From Myxococcales bacterium (GTDB taxonomy: Bacteria; Myxococcota_A; Polyangia; Fen-1088): a stretch of 64,000 nucleotides of DNA. The stretch lies in assembly GCA_025350815.1 (NCBI GenBank), contig JANXXE010000218.1, positions 19,574 to 83,573 of the forward strand, in the 5' to 3' direction. Of the stretch, positions 8,696 to 18,637 are shown piece by piece. The notes beneath the pieces are model-generated. The model saw only the letters and a program-made list of their open reading frames with translations. It searched no databases and was not told the DNA's origin. Each line of letters begins with the position of its first letter. The stretch's first letter is position 1. Made by a program: the position numbers and the translations under genes.

Positions 8696-10936
8696 TTAGT
8701 TTGCGGCGACAGTCGGTTCGTCCGCCCGATAGGAATAACCATATGTGCGGTAATAGTCGTACCGGTAATACGATCCCCTGCTGAAATCCGCATCATTGAG
8801 GACCACGCCGAAAATTCGTGAGCCCAGTCGGCGCAACTGGCGGGATCCGTGCCGCAGCGACGCCTTGTGCGTGCGTCCGTGCCGGGCCACCAAAATGGTG
8901 CCGTCGACGACGCCTGACAGGATCGCAGCATCGGTAACCGCGCCGAGCGGCGGGCTGTCAAGCACCACCACGTCGAACATTTCGTTAAGCTGGGCCAGCA
9001 ATTCCATGAACCGGGTCGAGTGCAACAACTCGGCGGGATTAGGCGGGATGGGTCCCGCCAGGGCAACGGCGAGGTTCGGAACCGTCGTCTGCTCGACAAC
9101 ATCCGCGGGCACGCACTGCCCCGCCAGAACGTCGGTGAGACCGCGGGCGCCCTGCCCGGGGAAGATCTTGTGCAAGCGCGGCCGGCGAAGGTCCGTATCG
9201 ACGATGATGACCCGCTTGCCGCTCTGGGCGAGGATGATGGCCAGCGTGGTGGCCACGAAGGTCTTGCCCTCACTGGGGCCGGGGCTGGTGACCAGCAGTC
9301 GCTTCATGCTGGTGTCGGCCGACATGAACAGAAGGTTGGTGCGGATGGAACGCGCGGCTTCCGCAATGATCGAATGCGGATGTGTCGACGCGATCAGATC
9401 GAAGCCGTTTCGGTCCAGGGACTCCCGCAGCCCGTCGGATTCGCCTCCGCTTCCGTACTTGCTGTACTTCGTTCTCGCCAGAAACGTTTCGCGCCCCGCC
9501 AGCACGCCCAGAAGCGGCGCCCCTGACTCTTGCTGCGCGTCCTCGTAGCTGCGCACGGTGAAATCCAGAAATTCGATCAGGAACGTCAATGCAATCCCGA
9601 TCATGAAACCCAGCATCGCGGAGACGGCGATGATCATGCCGACCCGGGGACTGATCGGACCTGTCGGCCGCAGTGCCAGGTCCAGCAGCGAGATATTGTT
9701 GAAGTGCAGATAGCGCGCGAGATCGGTCTCCTTGCTGCGCGCGAGGACCAGGTCGAACAGCTTTGCGTTCTGCTCTTTTTCGCGCTCGAGCTTGTTGTAG
9801 TCGATCGCCAGCAGGCTCAGTTCGACGCCACGCTTATGCACATCGTCCAGCAGGACCTTCAGATTCTTCTCATTGCGAACCTTGGCCTGATACTCGGTTT
9901 CAATGCCGGTCATGAGGGACTTGACGTGTCCCTCGATTTGACCCTGCGTCTCCTTGATCTGCGCCTCGATGTTGCGAACGTTGGGATGTGACGGCCCGTA
10001 TTTGCTTTGAACCGCACTCAGGTCGATCAGTTCCTTGGCGTACTGGCTTTTCAGATTTTGCAACAGCATGTCGGCGGAGCGCTTGGTCCAACCGAGATCA
10101 TGTTCCTGAGTCTGCTTGAAGGCTTCGGTCAGAGCACCCTTTTCGGCCTCAAGCTGCAAGCGCTCGGTCTTGGTCTTCGTCAGAACCTCCGAGATGCTCG
10201 TCAGCTCGGTGCTGATGAGGTTCTGGCGGTCTTCCAGAGACACGGAAAGGACATTCCTGTCCTTCTTGAACTCGTACAGCTTTTGCTCGGACGCGGTGAC
10301 GGTCTCACGCAGCTTGTTCAGCTGCTCGGTCAACCAGCCGAGCGCGCCCTCCGTCGACAGCATGGCGCGTTCGAGGTTTCGGTCGATGAAGGCCTGCGCG
10401 ATCGTGTTGGACAGAAGTTCGGCCACTTCCGGATCGGTGTGCTTGATGTAGATGTTGACGAGGCGCGTGTCCTTGACCGGTTCGACGCGAATAGCCGCCT
10501 GCAGGAACTGCGCGGAATCGAGAATCGAATATTCGACCGGACCCGAGCCGGCCGGGGCGTTCCAGAAGCGCGGATCCTTGTGCAGATTCAGACGCTTGAC
10601 GACGACCTCAGCAAGGTCGCGGCTTTCCAGGATGCGGTACTGGGTCTCGAAATACTCCCGGTTGCTCCAAAAGGTCCCGGCGCCAATGTCGACGACTTCG
10701 TTGCCTTCGCGGCGGCCAAGAACGTTCGGAGCGCGCGGTTCAATCTGAATTGTGCACTTGGTCTGATAGATCTTCGGCTGCTTGAGGGCGTAGAAGAATC
10801 CGCCCGACGTCGCCACAGCCACGCACAGCAGAACCAGCCACTTGCGCTTCCAGGGGACCTTCAGTGCGCGGGTGAGGTTGACGACGGACTCTTCGTCCTG
10901 CGCCTGAATCGTTGCCGCCTCGTCGGTAGTTGCCAA
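8696..10936 (-). CDS. polysaccharide co-polymerase / tyrosine autokinase (Wzc/BY-kinase family)
   Basis: N-terminal Wzz-like domain with a long coiled coil and a second TM. C-terminal P-loop with Walker A SPGPSEGKT, Walker B VVVLDSPP and a Tyr-rich tail RGSYYRYDYYRTYGYSY. Confidence 0.85.
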   Translation of the reverse strand: MATTDEAATIQAQDEESVVNLTRALKVPWKRKWLVLLCVAVATSGGFFYALKQPKIYQTKCTIQIEPRAPNVLGRREGNEVVDIGAGTFWSNREYFETQYRILESRDLAEVVVKRLNLHKDPRFWNAPAGSGPVEYSILDSAQFLQAAIRVEPVKDTRLVNIYIKHTDPEVAELLSNTIAQAFIDRNLERAMLSTEGALGWLTEQLNKLRETVTASEQKLYEFKKDRNVLSVSLEDRQNLISTELTSISEVLTKTKTERLQLEAEKGALTEAFKQTQEHDLGWTKRSADMLLQNLKSQYAKELIDLSAVQSKYGPSHPNVRNIEAQIKETQGQIEGHVKSLMTGIETEYQAKVRNEKNLKVLLDDVHKRGVELSLLAIDYNKLEREKEQNAKLFDLVLARSKETDLARYLHFNNISLLDLALRPTGPISPRVGMIIAVSAMLGFMIGIALTFLIEFLDFTVRSYEDAQQESGAPLLGVLAGRETFLARTKYSKYGSGGESDGLRESLDRNGFDLIASTHPHSIIAEAARSIRTNLLFMSADTSMKRLLVTSPGPSEGKTFVATTLAIILAQSGKRVIIVDTDLRRPRLHKIFPGQGARGLTDVLAGQCVPADVVEQTTVPNLAVALAGPIPPNPAELLHSTRFMELLAQLNEMFDVVVLDSPPLGAVTDAAILSGVVDGTILVARHGRTHKASLRHGSRQLRRLGSRIFGVVLNDADFSRGSYYRYDYYRTYGYSYRADEPTVAAN

Positions 10937-11047
10937 TCAGCCTCCCTGGCATCTTGGTCTATATCACAGGTTGCAGGCCCTGACTAAATGCGGCGTCGTA
11001 GATTTCGGCCCCGGGTGGGGCCTTCAGACCTCGAAGAGGCGGGCTGG

Positions 11048-12073
11048 CTACCGCCGCAGAGTCCGCCATCCGTGCCGGCGTCCCGACCTCCAGCGCTCGA
11101 CAACATCCTCGTAGACCTTGCGCAGACGCGCGGCGCTGACGTCGACCGAAAACGCGGCGCGGATCCGCTCGGGCCCGTTCGAGCGCCGGCCGGCCTCCAG
11201 CACGTCCTTGAGCGCGGCGGCCAGGGACTCGGGCTCGGGGCTGGCCACCAGACCGGGCGTGACGCCCTTCAGAACGTGCTCGACGTCACCAACCGGGACC
11301 GACACCACGGGCACGCCGCAGGCGACGGCCTCCTTGACGACGTTGGGCGAGCCCTCGTGCTGGCTGGTCAATAGCAGGCAGTCAGCGGCGTTCATGTGCA
11401 CCGGCATCAGCTCTGGCGGCACTTGCTCGATGGTCGCGAGACGGGCGGGAAGGCCCAGTTCCGCCAGACGGCGGACGGCCGCCTGGGCGCGGTCGAAACG
11501 CTTGATGGTGCGGTGCCGGGACGCCCCGAACAGCACGACGGTCTCCGCGGGATCCCAGCCAAGCTGCCTGCGGCATGCCGCCTTGTCGAGGGGGCGAAAG
11601 GCAGCCGTGTCGACACCCGCCGGAATGACGTACGCCCGCTGGCGGTCGCGTGCAAGCAGCAGCCCCTGCCGTAACTGTTCGGACCGCGCCACGATGGCGT
11701 CGGCGTTGGGCGCGGCCAGCTGAGAAAACACCGCTGCCAGCGCACCCACGACCTTTTCAACCGGCGGATCCCGCCGCGCCGGCCCCAGCAAGTCCGAGCC
11801 ACCAAAGGTCAGCACCAGCGGCACGGGGCAGCCGAGCGCCGAGGCGAACGCCCCGACGGAACCGAAGTAGACGTTGACCACGTCGGGGCGGCTGGCAGCG
11901 ACGTGGTCGCGAAAGGCGGCCCAGTCCTTGTGTGGCGTCCGCCGGTAGGCCGTGGCGTGCTCCTCCACATCCAGACCCAGCGCCCGCAGCGCCAGCACTT
12001 CACGCCGCACGAAGATGCCGGCGAAGGGTGAATCGGGCCGGGGCCAGATGTTCGACACAGCGAGGACTTTCAA
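11048..12073 (-). CDS. glycosyltransferase family 4 (GT-B)
   Basis: EGSPNVVKEAVACGVPVV matches the GT4 C-terminal E-x7-E region. The probable TTG start at 12073 (LKVLAVSNIWP) avoids a 44-nt overlap with the downstream gene; the track ORF starts at 12142. Confidence 0.7.
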   Translation of the reverse strand: MKVLAVSNIWPRPDSPFAGIFVRREVLALRALGLDVEEHATAYRRTPHKDWAAFRDHVAASRPDVVNVYFGSVGAFASALGCPVPLVLTFGGSDLLGPARRDPPVEKVVGALAAVFSQLAAPNADAIVARSEQLRQGLLLARDRQRAYVIPAGVDTAAFRPLDKAACRRQLGWDPAETVVLFGASRHRTIKRFDRAQAAVRRLAELGLPARLATIEQVPPELMPVHMNAADCLLLTSQHEGSPNVVKEAVACGVPVVSVPVGDVEHVLKGVTPGLVASPEPESLAAALKDVLEAGRRSNGPERIRAAFSVDVSAARLRKVYEDVVERWRSGRRHGWRTLRR

Positions 12074-12098
12074 GGCGCGGTCCTGAAGCTGGGCGGAG

Positions 12099-12824
12099 TT
12101 ACGGCCGGTCGCGCAGCCGCAGAAAGTATTCCGCCAGGACAAGATCCGCTTCCGTGTCGATGTTGGCGGAACGCTCGACCGGCATGATGTGGCCCAGACA
12201 GCGCGCGCCCTTGAAGGAATTCTTGTTCATAAGAACGTCGCGACGGGTGGCGTACAGGGCGCCGTTGACCATGTACACCTTGGGCAGGCTTTGGCGCGGC
12301 GGGTTCTCGATCTCGGACGGCTCATAGTCCAGCAGCATCCCGTCGGCGAACTTCTTCATCTTTCGCGGGTGCCAGTTGTCGACGTCGATGACACTGATGA
12401 TGCCGTCGGCCCCCTCGGCCGCCAGACGTCCGAGCGCCGTGACGAGATCCTCGGCTGACCGCAGCGGCGTCGTCGGCTGCAGCATGGCAACGTAGTCATA
12501 CGGACTGCCGGTCAACGCCTCCATCTGTTTGACGGCGTGCTGAATGGTCGGGACCGCCAGCGCGCCATCCGTGGCCAGATCGGCCGGCCGCAGGAACGGC
12601 ACCTCGGCGCCCGCCTCAAGGGCAATGTCGCGGATGCGCGGATCGTCCGTCGACACGACGACGTTGGCGAACATGCCCGACTTCTGGGCGGCCTCGACGG
12701 TGTACGCCAGCAGCGGGCGGCCACCCAGTGGCCTGATGTTTTTGCCCGGCACCCCCTTGGAGCCGCCGCGCGCCGGGATCACCGCCAAATTGCGCGGGCG
12801 TCCCCCCGTCGGGTGGACCGTCAT
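12099..12824 (-). CDS. acylneuraminate (nonulosonic acid) cytidylyltransferase, NeuA/CTP_transf_3 family
   Basis: N-terminal AVIPARGGSKGVPGKNIRPLGGRPLLAYT is the canonical CMP-NeuAc/CMP-Kdo synthetase motif. Start ATGA-overlaps the NeuB-like gene. Confidence 0.8.
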   Translation of the reverse strand: MTVHPTGGRPRNLAVIPARGGSKGVPGKNIRPLGGRPLLAYTVEAAQKSGMFANVVVSTDDPRIRDIALEAGAEVPFLRPADLATDGALAVPTIQHAVKQMEALTGSPYDYVAMLQPTTPLRSAEDLVTALGRLAAEGADGIISVIDVDNWHPRKMKKFADGMLLDYEPSEIENPPRQSLPKVYMVNGALYATRRDVLMNKNSFKGARCLGHIMPVERSANIDTEADLVLAEYFLRLRDRP

Positions 12825-13780
12825 GACAGGGCCTTGTCCTCCCAGTTGTAGATGAAGCCGCCCGGTACGGGCGCCTGACTTGCAAAGCGGCCCCGGTAAT
12901 AGTCCCGGTTCAGCAATTCTTCAGGCGACAGCGCGCGCACGGGCGAGCCGCGCATGGCAGAAGCCTCGGGGATCTCGCGCGCCACGTAGTCGGCGATTTC
13001 GTTGCGCGGGGCGCGGGCCCAACGGACAAGCTCGGCCAGCTGGCCCGGATCGATCGACACCGGACCATCCCTGGTGAGGTCGGGCGGCAACACGCGAAAG
13101 TGCCGTTCCACCACATCCGCCCCCATGGCCAGCGCCCCGATGGACGCCTTCAGTCCGTCGCGGGCCACCAGGCTGTGGTCGGAAAATCCCACACTGGGCG
13201 TGAACTGGCGCAGCCATTCCAGACGGGCCAGATGCATCTGATCGAGGGGCGTGGGGTAAATGGTCACGCAGTGAAGGAAGGTGAAGTTGGTCGGCGCCAG
13301 CACCTTCGCCGCAGCCGCAATCTCCTCGTCGAAGGTGGCGCCGGTGGAAACATAGATGTGCTTGAACCGGCCGACCAATTGGCGCAGCAACGGCAAGCTG
13401 GCGCAGTCGTAGCTCGGTACCTTGATCTCATCGTAGCCCAGCTTGACCACGTCATCGACGGCGGCGCGGCTGAAGACCGACGTCAGGGCGCCCGTGCCCC
13501 AGCGCTTGCATTCCTCGCGGAAGAACGCCTCGTCGTCGACCGACAACTCCAGCGGCTTCAGTCGATCATATTCGGCCGCGTAGGGCCGCTTGATTGCTTT
13601 CTTCGCGCCGCCCTCGACGATCCCTTCTTCAAACCTTTCCCGGCGTGTCAGCTCGCGCACGCGGATGGTCTGCACCTTGGCGAAATCGGCGCCAGCCTCG
13701 GCGACCGCATGAATCATCTCGCTTAGCAGCGTGCGGCCGCCACCGTGGTTCTGACAAAGCTCTGCGATTACCTTGGCCAA
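12821..13780 (-). CDS. N-acetylneuraminate synthase family protein (NeuB-like nonulosonic acid synthase, no SAF domain)
   Basis: IAELCQNHGG ... AGADFAKVQ matches the IAEIGxNHNG/KFQ core of the NeuB TIM barrel. At 319 aa it is shorter than classical NeuB. Confidence 0.7.
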   Translation of the reverse strand: MAKVIAELCQNHGGGRTLLSEMIHAVAEAGADFAKVQTIRVRELTRRERFEEGIVEGGAKKAIKRPYAAEYDRLKPLELSVDDEAFFREECKRWGTGALTSVFSRAAVDDVVKLGYDEIKVPSYDCASLPLLRQLVGRFKHIYVSTGATFDEEIAAAAKVLAPTNFTFLHCVTIYPTPLDQMHLARLEWLRQFTPSVGFSDHSLVARDGLKASIGALAMGADVVERHFRVLPPDLTRDGPVSIDPGQLAELVRWARAPRNEIADYVAREIPEASAMRGSPVRALSPEELLNRDYYRGRFASQAPVPGGFIYNWEDKALS

Positions 13781-13882
13781 CGAGTTCCTCCCGCCTTGAC
13801 GGCCCCCTGCCCATACTACGATCCCGTGCCGCGGGGCAAGGCGCCGCGTCGACGAAATATGCTAAAAGGCGCTACGCTACCG

Positions 13883-15103
13883 ATGCGCATTCTGCTGCTG
13901 ACCCAGTATTTTCCGCCCGAGATCGGGGCGCCGCAGCGACGGCTGTCCGATCTGGTGACGCGCCTTGCGACCATGGGACACGAGTTGTCGGTGCTGACCG
14001 CCATGCCGAACTACCCAGGCGGCGTGGTGCAGGAGGCCTATCGTGGACGCGTTTTCGCGCGCGACGACTGGAACGGTGTGCCGGTCGCCCGTTCGTGGAT
14101 CCTGGCCAGCCCGCGGCCGGGCATGGCGCCCAAACTGGCGACGTATTTTTCGTTCACGCTGTCGTCGCTGGTTGCGGGCCTGCTGGATGGCACCCCCGTC
14201 GACATCGTACTGACGGAATCGCCGCCGCTGTTCTTGGGGCTGACGGGAATTGCACTGGCCCGGCGCAAACGCGCAGCCTTCGTGTTCAACGTCGCTGACC
14301 CATGGCCGAAAGCCGCGATCGAGCGCGGTATGCTGAAGCACCCGGCGGCGATAGCCGCAGCCACCGGCCTTGAAGAATGGATCTATTCGAAGGCCGCCCT
14401 GGTGCTGACGCAATCCGAATCCATGCAGCGGGACATTGCCTCGCGCACGGGCCATCCCCACGTCGTGCATTTTCCCAACGGCATCGATCTGAACCTTTTC
14501 GGGCCGGCAAAGGCGGATGCCGGAACGCTGGCCGAGCTGGGCCTGGCGGGCAAGTTCGTCGTTGGCTACGCGGGACTGCATGGTCCGGGACAGGGCCTGG
14601 ACGTGATTGTGAATGCGGCGGCCGGACTGGCCGACCTGCCGGATGTTTGTTTTGCGCTGTTCGGTGACGGGCCTGACAAAGATCGCCTGCAAAAGGCGGC
14701 GGCGCACCTGCCCAACGTGAAGTTTTTCCCGCCACGGCCGCCCAACACCATTCCGGCGCTGACGGCCGCCTGGTCCGCCGGCGCCGTAACCTTGCGCGAC
14801 GGTGCGTCGTTCGAAATGTGCGTGCCGTCGAAACTGTTCGAGGCCATGGGCTCCGCAATTCCCGTTGTGATGGCGGCCGACGGCGAAGCCGCCGACATCG
14901 TACGCGACTGCGGCTGCGGGCTGGCGGTTCGGGCGGGCGATGCCGCGGGCTTCGGCGCCGCCGTGCGGAAGCTGCACGCGGACGCGGGCCTGCGTCGCAA
15001 GCTCGGCGCGCAGGGGCGACAGGCCACGGAACAAAGGTACGATCGCCAGCGCATCGCCACCGAGGTAGAAAAGTTTCTCGAGCAAGCAAGGCTGGACGCG
15101 TGA
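13883..15103 (+). CDS. glycosyltransferase family 4 (WcaI-like)
   Basis: N-terminus MRILLLTQYFPPEIGAPQRRL. C-terminal GT4 motifs are present. An alternative ATG lies at 13859, and the 13745 track start is unlikely. The gene is divergent from the NeuB-like gene. Confidence 0.75.
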   Translation: MRILLLTQYFPPEIGAPQRRLSDLVTRLATMGHELSVLTAMPNYPGGVVQEAYRGRVFARDDWNGVPVARSWILASPRPGMAPKLATYFSFTLSSLVAGLLDGTPVDIVLTESPPLFLGLTGIALARRKRAAFVFNVADPWPKAAIERGMLKHPAAIAAATGLEEWIYSKAALVLTQSESMQRDIASRTGHPHVVHFPNGIDLNLFGPAKADAGTLAELGLAGKFVVGYAGLHGPGQGLDVIVNAAAGLADLPDVCFALFGDGPDKDRLQKAAAHLPNVKFFPPRPPNTIPALTAAWSAGAVTLRDGASFEMCVPSKLFEAMGSAIPVVMAADGEAADIVRDCGCGLAVRAGDAAGFGAAVRKLHADAGLRRKLGAQGRQATEQRYDRQRIATEVEKFLEQARLDA

Positions 15104-15768
15104 CCGACCGGACCGAGCGCTGGAAGCGCGTTGTCGATGTCGCGATCTCGGGCGCACTACTGATTGAACTTGCACCGCTGTTCGGTCTCATCGGCCTTGG
15201 TATCCGGGCCGAGACCCCAGGACCGATGTTCTACCGCTCGCGCCGCATGGGGCGGCACGGCGTGCCCTTCGACATGCTGAAGTTCCGATCGATGGTGGTC
15301 GCGGCGGCCGAAGCGGGCCCGATTACAAAGCCCGGCGACGCGCGCATCACGCGCCTTGGGGCGTGGCTGCGCCTGTTCAAGATGGACGAACTACCGCAAT
15401 TGCTGAATGTCTTTCGCGGCGACATGAGCCTGGTCGGCCCCCGGGCGGAGGACGTCCAGATCGTCGAGGACTTCTACACCGACGAACAACGACGGGCGCT
15501 GACTGTGCGGCCCGGAATGACGGGCCTCGGTCAGGTTCGATTCTTCCCCGACATGACGGGCGAAGTTCCCGCAGGCGCCGATCCGATGGCCTACTACCGG
15601 GATGTTCAGCTCAAGCGCAAGCTGGACGTCGATCTGGAATACGTGGACCGCGTGTCCGTGCCGCTGGATCTCGCGCTGCTGGCGAAGACGGCTTATTGCG
15701 TTCTGGTGAAGTCCTGGTGGATCCTTCTCAAAGATCCGCCGTCCGAGCTGCGACAATCCAGGACCTGA
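15100..15768 (+). CDS. sugar phosphotransferase (bacterial sugar transferase, PglC/WcaJ C-terminal type)
   Basis: GTG start at 15100 forms a GTGA overlap with the GT4 stop. One N-terminal TM, then the PF02397-like core ...FDMLKFRSM...DELPQLLNVFRGDMSLVGPRA. Confidence 0.8.
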   Translation: MTDRTERWKRVVDVAISGALLIELAPLFGLIGLGIRAETPGPMFYRSRRMGRHGVPFDMLKFRSMVVAAAEAGPITKPGDARITRLGAWLRLFKMDELPQLLNVFRGDMSLVGPRAEDVQIVEDFYTDEQRRALTVRPGMTGLGQVRFFPDMTGEVPAGADPMAYYRDVQLKRKLDVDLEYVDRVSVPLDLALLAKTAYCVLVKSWWILLKDPPSELRQSRT

Positions 15769-15793
15769 CACAAACAAAGGATTTGAAAGCGTG

Positions 15794-16963
15794 ATGGCCT
15801 ATCCCCGCAAACCCCCACGACCGATCCAACCTGCGCGCCAGCTTTTCCCGGACGAGGACATCGCCTTCATCCAGGGCGAGACCGCACGTCTGCTGCGCGA
15901 ACGCGTGACCCTGGGCCCCTGGGTCGAGCAGTTTGAACGTCTCGGCGCCGCGTCGGCCGGAACCAAGCATGGCCTGGCCGTGAACAACTGCACGACGGCG
16001 CTGGAAATCATTCTGCGGTCCATCGGCGTCGGCCCTGGCGACGAGGTCGTGGTCCCACCGCAGACCTTCGTGGCCACGGCATTTGCCGTGCTTCACGCCG
16101 GTGCACGCCCCACGTTCTGCGAGATCAACCCCAAGACGCATTGTCTGGACCCGAAGAGTCTGGCGGCCACCATCACGCCAAAGACGCGCGCCGCAATCCT
16201 GGTCCACATGGGGGGCCTGGTCACGCCGGACTTGCCCGAGATTGAACGCGTCTGCAAGGCGCGCGGCATCGCGCTGGTCGAGGATTGCGCGCACGCGCAC
16301 GGCTCCCAGAAAGGCGGCCGACCGGCCGGGTCCATCGGCGTGGCCGGCGCGTTCAGCTACTACGCGACGAAGGTCCTGACCGCCGGTGAAGGCGGCCTTA
16401 TCACCACCAACGACGACAAGCTGGCCGAGGTGCTGCGCTGCTACCAGGCCCGCGGGCAGGACCTGTCCGTGCACGACGAAGAAGTTTTCATTCGCCCCGG
16501 GCGCAGTTGCCGCATGACTGCGTTTTCCGGTCTGTGCGGCGTCACCCAGTACAAACGCCTGGACGAGTTCGTCGCCCGCCGCAACCGAACAGCCGGTCTT
16601 TACGATCACGCCCTGCAAGCAGGCGCCCCGGCGGTCGAGCTTCTGCCCGTGCCGCAAGACACCAGGCACAGCTACTGGAAGTACACGATGAACCTTCCGA
16701 AAGGCGTCTCGCGACTGGACCTGCAGGCGCTGCTGGCCAAGGATTATGGCGTGCCCCTGACGTGGTCCTACTGGCCGCCCGTGCACCTGATGCCCGTGAT
16801 GAAGGACCTGTGTGGCGGCAAGCCGGGCGATCTTCCTATCACCGAGGACATCATGAGCCGCAACGTCAGTCTGCCCATGCACGCTGCGCTGGACGACAAC
16901 GACGCCACCTATATCGCCGACGCGTTCGTGGACGCCTTCGGTCGGATGCGGGGCGCCCGGTGA
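15794..16963 (+). CDS. DegT/DnrJ/EryC1/StrS family PLP-dependent sugar aminotransferase (no. 1)
   Basis: Whole-length resemblance to DegT-family enzymes, including the ...SFYATKVLTAGEGG... region around the PLP lysine. Confidence 0.8.
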   Translation: MAYPRKPPRPIQPARQLFPDEDIAFIQGETARLLRERVTLGPWVEQFERLGAASAGTKHGLAVNNCTTALEIILRSIGVGPGDEVVVPPQTFVATAFAVLHAGARPTFCEINPKTHCLDPKSLAATITPKTRAAILVHMGGLVTPDLPEIERVCKARGIALVEDCAHAHGSQKGGRPAGSIGVAGAFSYYATKVLTAGEGGLITTNDDKLAEVLRCYQARGQDLSVHDEEVFIRPGRSCRMTAFSGLCGVTQYKRLDEFVARRNRTAGLYDHALQAGAPAVELLPVPQDTRHSYWKYTMNLPKGVSRLDLQALLAKDYGVPLTWSYWPPVHLMPVMKDLCGGKPGDLPITEDIMSRNVSLPMHAALDDNDATYIADAFVDAFGRMRGAR

Positions 16964-17877
16964 CAGCGACACCCACTGCCCGCGTCGCCGTGACCGGCTG
17001 CCACGGTTACGTCGGCGGCCACCTGGTAGAAAAGCTGCGCGCCGCCGGCCACGATGTGGTCGGCATCGATCACCGACCACAAGGGGACGTGCCCGTGCCG
17101 CAGTTCGCGCGCATGGAACTGGCCGACCCCGTTGCGGTCGAGACCTGCGCGAAGGCGATCGAAGGGTGCACCGCCGTATTTCACCTCGCATCCCGGCAGC
17201 CTTTCAGCTGGGATTTGCATCCTTTCGTGCGCGGCAACGTCATGCGCACTGCCCACTTGCTCGAGGCGATGCGTGTGGCGAAGGTGCCCCGCCTCATCCA
17301 TTCGTCCACGGTCGCGGTCTACGGCCGCCCCGAAACCCTACCGCTGCGCGAGAACACGCCGCTACATCCAGAAAACCCCTATGAGGTCACGAAGGCCCAG
17401 GCCGAGTCCCTTGCGGGCCTGTACGCCAGCAAGGCGGGACTCAATGTCGCCATTCTTCGCTATCCCAGCGTCTACGGCGGCCGGGCTCGCTTCGGCGCGA
17501 TGTACACCTTCATCGACGCAACCTTGCGTGGCGCCCCGATTCGTCTGTTTGCCAAGGGCACCGCCCGTCGCGATCTGGTTCACGTCTTCGACGTCGTCGC
17601 CGCCAACCTGCTGGCGCTGCAGCACGCGCAGGCGCAGCCAGTCGCCACCTACAATATTGCCAGCGGCCAGGCACCCATGAGCCACGAATTGGTCGAACTG
17701 ATCTTTGACGTCCTTGGCCAGAAGACAACGGTCGAGATGGCCGAGGATCCCAACTGGCGCTCGCAGGATCTGGTCGTTGACATCGGCCGGGCGCGTACCG
17801 AGCTCGGCTTTACCCCGATGCCCTTGGCCGAAGGCATCGCGGAGCTGGGGGCGGCCGTCCGCCAGGAACGAAAATAG
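16960..17877 (+). CDS. NAD-dependent epimerase/dehydratase (SDR family)
   Basis: GTG at 16960 forms a GTGA overlap with the DegT stop. N-terminal VAVTGCHGYVGGHL Rossmann motif. SDR extended-family layout. Confidence 0.75.
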   Translation: MTATPTARVAVTGCHGYVGGHLVEKLRAAGHDVVGIDHRPQGDVPVPQFARMELADPVAVETCAKAIEGCTAVFHLASRQPFSWDLHPFVRGNVMRTAHLLEAMRVAKVPRLIHSSTVAVYGRPETLPLRENTPLHPENPYEVTKAQAESLAGLYASKAGLNVAILRYPSVYGGRARFGAMYTFIDATLRGAPIRLFAKGTARRDLVHVFDVVAANLLALQHAQAQPVATYNIASGQAPMSHELVELIFDVLGQKTTVEMAEDPNWRSQDLVVDIGRARTELGFTPMPLAEGIAELGAAVRQERK

Positions 17878-17885
17878 CCCGCGGA

Positions 17886-18637
17886 TGAAGATCGTCGCCC
17901 ACCAGCCTGAGTACATTCCCTGGCTCGGCTATTTCGCCAAGCTCAGCGTGGCGGATGTCTTCTTCTTTTCGGACCACCTCCAGTACGCGATCAAGGATTT
18001 CCAGAACCGGAACAACATCCTTCAGGGCGGCGGCAAGCAGATGCTGTCCATTCCGGTGCTGACCAAGGGGCGCGTCGACCAGGCCATCCGCGACGTCGAG
18101 ATCGAGGCCAACACGCCCTGGGCGCGCAAGCACATGCTGACCCTGCGCCACGCCTATCACCGGCACCCGCACTTTTCGCGCTACGCACCCCGCCTGGAGG
18201 AAATCTACGCCCGCCGTTGGGACAGGCTGTGCGAACTCAACGTCACGCTGATCAAGCAGATCGCCGAATGGTTGGACATCAAGGTCCCGATGCGCCTGTC
18301 GTCCGAGCTTTCGCTGGTCGAGCACAAGACGCGGTTGCTGATCGAGATGTGCGAAAAGTGTCCGGCCGACACCTTCGTCTCGGGCCTGGGCGCCGCCGCT
18401 TACGTCGACCCTGCGCTGTTCGCCGAAAAACACCTCAATCATCTTTTCTTCCGATTCACCCACCCGACCTATCCCCAGAAGGGGGCGACGTCGGGCTTCG
18501 TGTCCCATCTGTCCGCGCTGGATCTGCTGTTCAACTGCGGTCCGGACGCCGCCCTGCTGTTGCAGCAAGCCGTCGCTGCGTCGACCTTGACGGCGGAGGT
18601 TCCGTCGGCACCCGTGACCGCCGATCCGGCGCCCTGA
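17886..18637 (+). CDS. WbqC-like family protein
   Basis: N-terminus MKIVAHQPEYIPWLGYFAKL... is typical of WbqC-family proteins found in O-antigen clusters. The ATG at 17886 follows the upstream stop. Confidence 0.65.

Noticed and set aside
8638-9273. 211-aa minus-strand ORF overlapping the 3' part of wzc in another frame
   Set aside because: Overlaps a confidently assigned BY-kinase. Pro/Ser/Arg-rich nonsense.
13781-13882. TTGACG...TACGAT in the divergent NeuB/GT4 intergenic region as a promoter
   Set aside because: The spacer is only about 15 nt and there is no supporting evidence. It remains a possible weak promoter but is too uncertain to list as a feature.
13877-15191. Long antisense ORFs (432 aa and 301 aa) opposite the GT4 gene
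   Set aside because: Arg/Pro/Gly-rich translations typical of off-frame high-GC sequence. The sense strand has clear GT4 homology.
15728-17191. 487-aa minus-strand ORF opposite DegT no. 1 and the SDR gene
   Set aside because: Antisense artefact. No domain, and an R/G/H-rich composition.
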